This document shows positions 36,961-44,184 of a stretch of 51,157 nucleotides of DNA, piece after piece (position 1 is the stretch's first letter; each line of letters starts with the position of its first letter). The notes below the pieces were generated by a model that had not been told where the DNA came from, did not search any database, and saw nothing but the letters and a program-made list of their open reading frames with translations. A program made the position numbers and the translations under genes. The stretch covers positions 1-51,157 of the forward strand of contig JBMFUT010000003.1 in NCBI GenBank assembly GCA_049966395.1, in the 5' to 3' direction. The DNA is from Candidatus Micrarchaeia archaeon. Lineage in GTDB: Archaea > Micrarchaeota > Micrarchaeia > Micrarchaeales > CABMGC01.

Positions 36961-38092
36961 ACTCCCCTCCACCCGACTTCTTGTACGAGACTATTATTTC
37001 CTTCATCTCCTTTGCCCTCTTGTAGAGCCTGTCGTATATCTCGTCTAGAGCCTCGCTCAAAGTGTAGCCTGCAGCCGACGCCGAGATGCTGCCCTTCTTC
37101 GCGAGCTCTATCCTGCCGTGCATTTCGTAGTTCCTTGCTTTAGACCTTTTTACGTGCAGCGATACATAGCTGACGCCTACCTTGGTAAACCTTCCTACCG
37201 CGTTTGCCAGGTCGTCCATTTTATCTGTTATTTCGTCCTTGTATTCGCTCGTGTAATCGTCAAGCCCTGAGATTATTATCTTGTTCTTGCGTAGCGTGGA
37301 ATTTATGGCGAATGCCTCGAAAACGTCCCTGATTGTAAGTATTCCCACAGGCTTGCCGTGCCTTACAACAAGCAGCGAAGATATGTTGTGCTCCAGGAAT
37401 TCCCTTATGGCGTTTTCTATTGGCGTGCCATACTCTACAGTGTATATGTTCCTCTCGCAAACGCTGCTGACAGGCGTGTTGCTCATTGAATATAGCTTGC
37501 TTTTCATTTCAGGCGCTCTTTCCACTGGATTTGCTATTATGCTCATGAGGTTTTTGTTAGTCAGGAGGCCGAAAACTCTGCCGCCGCTTATAACAACGAG
37601 CCTGTTTATCCTTCCCTGTCTCATCGCAGCCTGCGCCTGCGCTATGTTTGCAGATGCATCTATTGCCACCACTGGGGAAGACATGGCGTCTTCAACCTTG
37701 AAATCTGAAAGCAAGTGCAGCGAGAGCATCGCGCTCAATATCTTCTCTCTTTTTAATATGCCACGCATCCTGCTGCCCTCTGTGTACGGAAGCGCCTTCG
37801 CGGCTGTGTTGTAGAATGCCATTATGCTTTCTTCTATCGACATGTCGTTAGTCACAGCAGGCAGTTTCCTGGCGAACTTACCTATCTGGAACTTGTCGGT
37901 AAGCCTGCGCGCGCTTATCCTTGAAATAGACCTGTCGTCAACTATCCCAAAATACTTCTTGTTTTTTACCACTATTGCGGCGCCAACGCTGTTTATGCTG
38001 CTTATTGCTTCGGTAACTGGGGTCTTGTAGTCGTAGAATTTGACTTTTGTCACAAAAGAATCCGGTACAGTTTCGAATGCTCGCTTCATCAT
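36953..38092 (-). CDS. Four-CBS-domain protein with C-terminal HPF/RaiA (ribosome hibernation factor)-like domain
   Basis: Four CBS-like units in aa 1-265. The C-terminal ~105 aa (KIIISGLDDYTSEYKDEITDKMDDLANAVGRFTKVGVSYVSLHVKRSKARNYEMHGRIELAKKGSISASAAGYTLSEALDEIYDRLYKRAKEMKE) follow the beta-alpha-beta-beta-beta-alpha pattern and key positions of YfiA/HPF as I remember them. Confidence 0.75.
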   Translation of the reverse strand: MMKRAFETVPDSFVTKVKFYDYKTPVTEAISSINSVGAAIVVKNKKYFGIVDDRSISRISARRLTDKFQIGKFARKLPAVTNDMSIEESIMAFYNTAAKALPYTEGSRMRGILKREKILSAMLSLHLLSDFKVEDAMSSPVVAIDASANIAQAQAAMRQGRINRLVVISGGRVFGLLTNKNLMSIIANPVERAPEMKSKLYSMSNTPVSSVCERNIYTVEYGTPIENAIREFLEHNISSLLVVRHGKPVGILTIRDVFEAFAINSTLRKNKIIISGLDDYTSEYKDEITDKMDDLANAVGRFTKVGVSYVSLHVKRSKARNYEMHGRIELAKKGSISASAAGYTLSEALDEIYDRLYKRAKEMKEIIVSYKKSGGGEYD

Positions 38093-38112
38093 GCAATCAC
38101 TAGCCTTATGCT

Positions 38113-38127
38113 GAATAAATTTATAGT
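38113..38127 (-). promoter_or_regulatory. TATA-like box for the CBS/pilin operon
   Basis: CTATAAATTTATT on the minus strand, centred about 28 nt upstream of ATG 38092. This implies a leaderless or very short-leader transcript. Confidence 0.35.
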
Positions 38128-38144
38128 TATTAATGCCAACGCAT

Positions 38145-38160
38145 TTTATTTATATATATT
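38145..38160 (+). promoter_or_regulatory. TATA-like box for tRNA-Cys
   Basis: TTTATTTATATATATT centred about 37 nt upstream of the mature tRNA 5' end. Confidence 0.4.
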
Positions 38161-38189
38161 GCATAACAAATTTTAACAGGCTTTAACGA

Positions 38190-38260
38190 GCCAGGATGGC
38201 AGATTGGCTATGCGGCCGCCTGCAGAGCGGCACAGGGGGGTTCGATTCCCTCTCCTGGCT
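38190..38260 (+). tRNA. tRNA-Cys (anticodon GCA)
   Basis: GCCAGGA/TCCTGGC acceptor stem, anticodon stem GCCGC/GCGGC with loop CUGCAGA, T arm GGGGG-TTCGATT-CCCTC and discriminator U. No encoded CCA. Confidence 0.9.
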
Positions 38261-38390
38261 TATTTATGCACCTGGCAAAGCCGCATGCTTTGATAACTTT
38301 TTATAATCTACTAAAGCAAATATATCTGTCCTGTGAAGACAAGAGTAACTGCTGAAAAAATGATGACGCCTATATCGACTGAGGACAAAG

Positions 38391-39893
38391 GTGTTTAGAA
38401 TAAAGTACGACAAGAGAATCGGAATCGCCGCGATGCTATTTGCAGTAATGATAATGATATCCACGTCGTTCTTTATAACGCCTCTTTCAATACTCGACAC
38501 CGACCCTTCTACATACGTCATAGTGCCCCTGTTGATGCTGCCTCTCTTCGTGGTTTTTGAGATGAGATCTGGGATAGACGCGCACATAGACAAGAAAGGG
38601 CTTTACTCCGGAGCAGCGCTTTTCGTGGCTTTTCTTGCGGCTTCCGTTTATCTCAGGATGGTTTTCACTTTTGCGTTCTTAAGCTTCAGGATAGATTTGC
38701 TGCTATTCCCGGTTGCCATAATTGCTATTTCGCTTATGCTGTTTGGATCCAAGAGCATAAGGCATTTCAGGGCCATGGCGGTCTATATGCTCTTCGCTTC
38801 GCCTGCAGTTCTCATGCCGATTATAAACCTCAATAGTGCTTTCGCCGCGGCGAACAGCGTCGTGGTTTACACCATAATACACGCGTTCAGCTCTTCTGCG
38901 TCCTACATTCCCCCAATCACAATTGCCGACAACGGTTATAGCATAGGCATAGGGGAGTCATGTGCCGGAATCGGCGCAATGATTGGCATAGTAATGCTTC
39001 TTGCGCCAATAGCTTACTTCTACGATGGCGCAATCAAAAACAAGTTTTACTGGCTTGCAAGCGGCCTTCTGCTGCTCATTGCACTTAACGTGGCGAGAAT
39101 GGCATCAATAGGCTTCGTTTGGCTTTCTGGGGGCGCCAGCGCCGCAGCGTCTTACGTGCATTCGTTTGCAGGTATACTGCTGTTTTACGCAGTGATCATA
39201 GTGATGCTATTAGCTGCAGGGGCGTACAAACTTAAATTTCCTAAGATATCAAGAGGAATTGTCCGCCGTGAAAGATATGCTGCAATCGGCATTTCGGCTG
39301 TAATAGTGCTTTCTCTTGTTTACCTAGCCCTGACGCTGAATTACAGCACTTCCAAGTTCATATCTCCTGTACAGTTGAGCAAGTACGTGGAATTCAATTC
39401 TGCAAACCAGAGGATTGTATCGCAGGTTTTAAGCCAGTTCAATACCACAGGCTTTGAAGCTTTCGCGCTGCCAATCATAAGCAACTCCAGCATTGTAATA
39501 GAGCTTCAGAATTCAACTTTCGGCAAACAAGCGCCAATAGCAATACTAATTACGGTACCCAACGAGAATATAACAAAAGGGCTGCTGAGCCAGAGCATTT
39601 TAGTTGGCAGAAGGTCATTCATAAGCAGCAGCGGTTACAAGTCTGACGCATACTACCTTATATCAAACAGCACAGGATTCGTGGTGATAAAATCATTCTT
39701 GCCTTACGAGCTTGACAACGGCACTACGCTGATAGACGACTACGCGGTCTTCCCGGCAAATGCTACACCTGCAGTGATGCACTGCAATTACAATATGCTT
39801 TACAGCGACATGGCAAACATTGTTCACAAAGGAAATGCGACAGTCTATGGGAAAATTGAGAGCGCATACTGCATAGCCTCTCACATAGAGTGA
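38391..39893 (+). CDS. Archaeosortase/exosortase-family protein with C-terminal extracytoplasmic domain
   Basis: About 8 TM helices carrying the family's Cys/Arg/His pattern, GESCAGIGAM ... LNVARMAS ... VHSFAGILLF, in the expected order and spacing. One more TM follows, then a ~200-aa domain with 9 N-x-S/T sequons. GTG start. Confidence 0.65.
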   Translation: MFRIKYDKRIGIAAMLFAVMIMISTSFFITPLSILDTDPSTYVIVPLLMLPLFVVFEMRSGIDAHIDKKGLYSGAALFVAFLAASVYLRMVFTFAFLSFRIDLLLFPVAIIAISLMLFGSKSIRHFRAMAVYMLFASPAVLMPIINLNSAFAAANSVVVYTIIHAFSSSASYIPPITIADNGYSIGIGESCAGIGAMIGIVMLLAPIAYFYDGAIKNKFYWLASGLLLLIALNVARMASIGFVWLSGGASAAASYVHSFAGILLFYAVIIVMLLAAGAYKLKFPKISRGIVRRERYAAIGISAVIVLSLVYLALTLNYSTSKFISPVQLSKYVEFNSANQRIVSQVLSQFNTTGFEAFALPIISNSSIVIELQNSTFGKQAPIAILITVPNENITKGLLSQSILVGRRSFISSSGYKSDAYYLISNSTGFVVIKSFLPYELDNGTTLIDDYAVFPANATPAVMHCNYNMLYSDMANIVHKGNATVYGKIESAYCIASHIE

Positions 39894-39919
39894 CGGCTGA
39901 CGGGGGCTTTGGTGTTAAA

Positions 39920-40879
39920 ATGAGATTTGAATTTTCTGCAGGTTCAGTTGTTTTCAGAAAGGATGGAAAAAATACGCTTTTCCTATTTCTTATTAAAGAT
40001 GACGGCACATTGGATATCCCGAAAGGGCACATAGAAAAGGGCGAGAACGCACTGCAGGCGGCGATAAGGGAGGCAAAGGAAGAGTCTGGTATAGACATAA
40101 CGCCTGATCGCTTTTTCAGGAGGGTGACCAAGTATTTCTTCTTCGAAGGAAAAGAAAAAATAATGAAAACTCTTACAGTGTTCCTCTCAGAAACGAACAC
40201 TAAGGAAGTAAAGGTATCATTCGAGCACAAGGGTTACAAGTGGCTCGATTTTGATGAGGCGATGAAGGAGCTCAAATACAAAGGAACTAAAAAATTGCTG
40301 ACCGATGCAAACGATTATATCAAGAGAATCCGCAAGATGGACGAGCTGAACAGAGAATATTCGGAGTTGCCGCGCAGGACTGCAAAATGGATGCTCAGTA
40401 AACGCTTTGTGCCTGGCGAAGGTCCCCTCGATGCAAAGGTCATGCTTGTGGGTCAGGCGCCAGGGCGCAGCGAGGATGCGCAGCTAAGGCCTTTCGTCGG
40501 AAGGAGCGGCATGCTGCTTGAGAGCATGCTGAACAGGATTAGGATGAAGAGAAGCAGCGTCTACATAACGAGCGTAGTTCAGTTTTTCCCGCCTGAAAAC
40601 AGGGTTCCCACTGACGAAGAGATAGAGATGTGCAAGCCTTTCCTTATAAGGCAGATGAACATAGTAAAGCCGAAATACGTGGTGCTGCTAGGAAACGTGC
40701 CAAGCAAGGTGCTGCTTGGCTTGGGCGAAGTGAGATCCAACCACGGCAGGTTCTTCAATGTCGACGGCGTAACATACATGCCTACGCTTCACCCGGCGGC
40801 TGTGCTAAGAATAAGAAAGCTCGAGGCAGATATGGAGGCAGATTTCAGGGCGTTGCGAGACATGATGTCAAAGGGATAG
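39920..40879 (+). CDS. Nudix hydrolase fused to family-4-like uracil-DNA glycosylase
   Basis: Perfect Nudix box GHIEKGENALQAAIREAKEESGI in the N-terminal half. UDG motifs VMLVGQAPGRSEDAQLRPFVGRSG and LHPAAVLR in the C-terminal half. ORF-track GTG 39890 overlaps the archaeosortase stop; ATG 39920 is preferred. Confidence 0.8.
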   Translation: MRFEFSAGSVVFRKDGKNTLFLFLIKDDGTLDIPKGHIEKGENALQAAIREAKEESGIDITPDRFFRRVTKYFFFEGKEKIMKTLTVFLSETNTKEVKVSFEHKGYKWLDFDEAMKELKYKGTKKLLTDANDYIKRIRKMDELNREYSELPRRTAKWMLSKRFVPGEGPLDAKVMLVGQAPGRSEDAQLRPFVGRSGMLLESMLNRIRMKRSSVYITSVVQFFPPENRVPTDEEIEMCKPFLIRQMNIVKPKYVVLLGNVPSKVLLGLGEVRSNHGRFFNVDGVTYMPTLHPAAVLRIRKLEADMEADFRALRDMMSKG

Positions 40880-41003
40880 CTGAAAATCTCGAGGCGCTGT
40901 TTCTTTTCGCACGCACTGATGAGGCAATGCAGAGCATGTAATACTTCAATTTTTGACGAACTGCAGTTAGACATTTTTAAACATTTATCTGCAACCTACA
41001 ATC

Positions 41004-42575
41004 ATGAACGTTTTAAGACAAAAAGCCGGAATAAGTTACATTGGCGTGGAGGTGCCATCTTACATAGTCACAGCAAAGACAATAGCAGAGCACATGAATA
41101 CCCAGGAAGCGAAAGTGAGGGAAGGCCTTATGGTTAACCAATTTAGGTTCCCAGGCTACTCAGACAATTTCGTCACAATGGCTGCAAACAATCTTTACAG
41201 ATTCATAGAAAACGCGTACAGCACGCCGGAGCTGAGAAGGATTGTGGAGAGGGATGGCATAGATGCCATATACTTTGCCACCGAAACAAGCAGGGAGGGC
41301 AGCAAGGCGGGATCTGCGCTTGTCCTTGAGCTCGTGGAGCCGGTGCTCTACAAAGAGATGAAAAGCAGCACTGGTGAAAAAAGAAATTTTCTTAAGTTCG
41401 TGCTTTCTCAACTACCGTATGCAGACATACTCGAGACAAAGCTCGCATGCACGGCCGAGGCAAAAACAGTCAGCCTTGTTGTCGATGCAATAGAGAATAA
41501 TAGCATGAAGGGGGCAATCGTAATAGGCTCGGACATTGCTCTTTACGACGATTCGAAAGCCAAAAATGCAGAGATAACGCAGGGCGCAGCATCAACGCTG
41601 CTCTATATAACAAGGAAGCCGCTGATAATGGAAATAGACCACAGGAAGGTGCACTACAACATGCCTTCTGACGATTTCTACAAGTCAAATGAGCACACGC
41701 CGCACGTTCCGAGCGGAGTAGGTTCTGAGGTAAACTACGTCTTCAACATAAGCAGCGCCGTTGAGAAGTACGAAGAGAAATTTGGCATGCCTGCTGACTA
41801 CTACATAGTTGGGCACGTGCCATTTGCCAAGGAGCCCGTGTACCTGGCGCCTTTCCTGTTCACACACATGCTTAGGAGGCAGGGGAAGATAGCGCTGCTA
41901 AAGGAAAAGCTTGGGGTTGATGAACCTCTATATGGGGAGAAGAACTCGCGCTCGCTGATGGCAAGAGCCGTTTCTGACTATGCAGATTCTAACGCAACAA
42001 GCGGCATAGCCGAATGGCTCGCTAACAACAAGCAGGTAAAGGATCTCTGGAGCTTCCACAAGATGCTCAGGGACAAAAAGCTGCCGGAATTCGAGGCGTT
42101 CAAGGAAAAGATCGGGCTTAACTATTCGCTTATTTTGCCTTCTCAGGTAGGAAATTCGTACAACAATTCGATGTGGGTGGCTCTTGCGTCGCTATTCATT
42201 TACGCAAAAGAAAAGAAATGGGTAGTGATGCCCTCCTACGGCAGCGGCTCTGGCACAACTGTGATGATGGGCAAGATGCTGCTAGAGCCGGGAAGTGACG
42301 AATTGAAGAAGCTAGTAGACATAAGCTCGCTGAAGCGCGGCAGCGAACTCAGCGTTAACGAGTACAGGGAGCTCCATTCCAACATGATTGCAAAGGAAGA
42401 GCACGAGACTAACGGGGAAAGCAGAATAGAAATGGACAAGGCGCTTCTCAAGGGAAAGTACGACGGCAGTCTGTTCAAGCTTGTTAGGTATGGAAAGGAT
42501 CGCAAAGGCATCTACGAGTTCAACGGCGAACAGGTAAGGAGCGGGCCAGTTGTGATAAGCGAAGAAACCTATTAG
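41004..42575 (+). CDS. HMG-CoA synthase-like thiolase-fold condensing enzyme (long form)
   Basis: Order of motifs: FATETSREGSKAG (Glu), KLACTAEAK (Cys), GHVPFAKEP (His) and VGNSYNNSMWVALASL (Asn). 523 aa. A TATA-like TTTTTAAACATTTA lies about 25 nt upstream. Confidence 0.6.
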   Translation: MNVLRQKAGISYIGVEVPSYIVTAKTIAEHMNTQEAKVREGLMVNQFRFPGYSDNFVTMAANNLYRFIENAYSTPELRRIVERDGIDAIYFATETSREGSKAGSALVLELVEPVLYKEMKSSTGEKRNFLKFVLSQLPYADILETKLACTAEAKTVSLVVDAIENNSMKGAIVIGSDIALYDDSKAKNAEITQGAASTLLYITRKPLIMEIDHRKVHYNMPSDDFYKSNEHTPHVPSGVGSEVNYVFNISSAVEKYEEKFGMPADYYIVGHVPFAKEPVYLAPFLFTHMLRRQGKIALLKEKLGVDEPLYGEKNSRSLMARAVSDYADSNATSGIAEWLANNKQVKDLWSFHKMLRDKKLPEFEAFKEKIGLNYSLILPSQVGNSYNNSMWVALASLFIYAKEKKWVVMPSYGSGSGTTVMMGKMLLEPGSDELKKLVDISSLKRGSELSVNEYRELHSNMIAKEEHETNGESRIEMDKALLKGKYDGSLFKLVRYGKDRKGIYEFNGEQVRSGPVVISEETY

Positions 42576-42938
42576 GGTATGGCGCAATTGCTTGACTGGG
42601 CTTTCTCAACAAACAATTCGGAGGTATTGCAACTCGTTAGTTAAATAACTTTGCTTGTTGCGCATCATTTCCGAAATGCAGGAATGGTTTATATAGAGTG
42701 CTGCCTGTAAATGAATTTTTATCGTTTCCCGGCTCGCAATCCCAGCACTAGGATTGCATTGATTGCCACAGAAATAAACGCCAACATATTTGTCGCGGAA
42801 TCAAACTCCAACGAAATTGGAAGATTCTCTCGGCATTGACCCGTGCGTGTCCCAAGGCTAAATTTGCCTGGTGCAGATAGCAGAACTCTAATGAAAGATA
42901 TTTAAAGATAAAGTGCGATAAGCATATGTGGTGTGCAA

Positions 42939-43298
42939 ATGCCACAAAAGGTCGCCGACGCGAAGCTAATCCTTGAAAAATACAAGAGCACCTATGAGAA
43001 GGGGGACGGCAAGCGCATTGTCTACGAATTTCCGATTCCAAATGCCGCAAGCGCATTTGCAAAATTGGAAAAAATCAGGGAAGATGCCATAAAAACGTGC
43101 ACAGAATATCTGCATGCAGACAGCAGCAGAATTTCTGATAACGCGCAAGTGTACGTGTATAACGGCTCTGTGCTTAAAATAGTTTCCCCCGTGTTCTATG
43201 ACGAAGAAACTGGCGCAAGGGTAGATGATATCATTAGGAAAGTTGCAGAGCGCGCTTTAGAAGAACTTGACGCATACAGGAGTACCCACAGGAAATGA
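42939..43298 (+). CDS. Hypothetical protein
   Basis: ~120-aa ORF with protein-like composition and no recognisable motif. Confidence 0.4.
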   Translation: MPQKVADAKLILEKYKSTYEKGDGKRIVYEFPIPNAASAFAKLEKIREDAIKTCTEYLHADSSRISDNAQVYVYNGSVLKIVSPVFYDEETGARVDDIIRKVAERALEELDAYRSTHRK

Positions 43299-43425
43299 TT
43301 GCAGCAATCTGTGAAGGCATTCAATTTGAATCGGTTGCCTTTAAACTTGATTACAACAAGCGGCACGCTCGGCATTTAAAATCCCGACACAAAATATATC
43401 GCATGCCTTGCTCGAAAAGCATAAG

Positions 43426-43498
43426 TGCGATCGCCGGGATTTGAACCCGGGTTGCTGCCTTGGCAAGGCAGTGTCCTACCAGGCTAGACTACGGTCGC
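43426..43498 (-). tRNA. tRNA-Gly (anticodon GCC)
   Basis: Anticodon stem CUGCC/GGCAG with loop UUGCCAA, and T arm CCGGG-TTCAAAT-CCCGG. Acceptor stem GCGACCG/CGATCGC has one C5-A68 mismatch. No encoded CCA. Confidence 0.85.
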
Positions 43499-43727
43499 AT
43501 GTGCTCAAAAATAATGCAACTACACATATTTATAATTTATTGCAGGAAACCCCGATGCTCGAATTTTGATCAATTGCAGATTGCAATCAAATTGGCCAAT
43601 TTAAGTATATATTGATTGCGATGGCAAACCTTTCAGATTAAATGCCATTTGCGTCTTTTTTCAGGTAAAACGTTATAACACCAGATGTGCAGCAACGCTT
43701 AAATATCACATGATCCACTAAAATATT

Positions 43728-44180
43728 ATGCCTTTTACACGAAGGGACATGCTCGAATACCTCCCGTTTGATGGGCTTACAAGAGCAGACGGCATACGAA
43801 TAATAGGTTACAAGGAGCTTGACAAGTCGTTGATGCTGGTAACAAGCCAGAAATTTAATTCTTCTTTGGAAAATATAGTAATATTCATAAACAATCCAAA
43901 TTGGGAAGGAGATAGCGCCATCAGGGAAATTAAAGAGGAGCTTGATCGCGGCAATGTTGTAACTATAGATCTCTGGCTAACAAAACGGAACAACAGGAAT
44001 ATTTCAACGGCAAAAAAGTTTCCATATATCTTCAGCGTTTCTTCAGAAGAAGCAGGTATAAAAATAGTGGCGAAAGAGCCTCGTAAGTATTACTATCCGA
44101 AAAGCGCCAATGATGCAACAGAGGCACAGCCAAAACAACAGCCAAAAATAGAGGATTTCGACTCTCTAAATAGGAAGTAA
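43728..44180 (+). CDS. Hypothetical protein
   Basis: 150-aa ORF with protein-like composition and no recognisable motif. Confidence 0.45.
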   Translation: MPFTRRDMLEYLPFDGLTRADGIRIIGYKELDKSLMLVTSQKFNSSLENIVIFINNPNWEGDSAIREIKEELDRGNVVTIDLWLTKRNNRNISTAKKFPYIFSVSSEEAGIKIVAKEPRKYYYPKSANDATEAQPKQQPKIEDFDSLNRK

Positions 44181-44184
44181 CAGA

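Noticed and set aside
42576-42932. 357-nt gene-free gap examined for a structured ncRNA (RNase P RNA, SRP RNA or a box C/D sRNA).
   Set aside because: I found no GAGGAAAGUCC-type CR-I motif, no SRP-like conserved helices and no RUGAUGA/CUGA box pairs. Only a 7-bp hairpin is present. The minus-strand ORF 42748..43062 is R/C/H-rich and unconvincing. A covariance-model scan (Rfam/Infernal) would be needed to exclude an ncRNA.
42933-44180. Orphan genes flanking tRNA-Gly, considered as a remnant of a tRNA-integrated mobile element.
   Set aside because: I found no integrase, transposase or viral hallmark gene, and no duplicate of the tRNA 3' end (att-like direct repeat) by eye. The only nearby similarity (AATTTGAATCGG at about 43333) is too weak.
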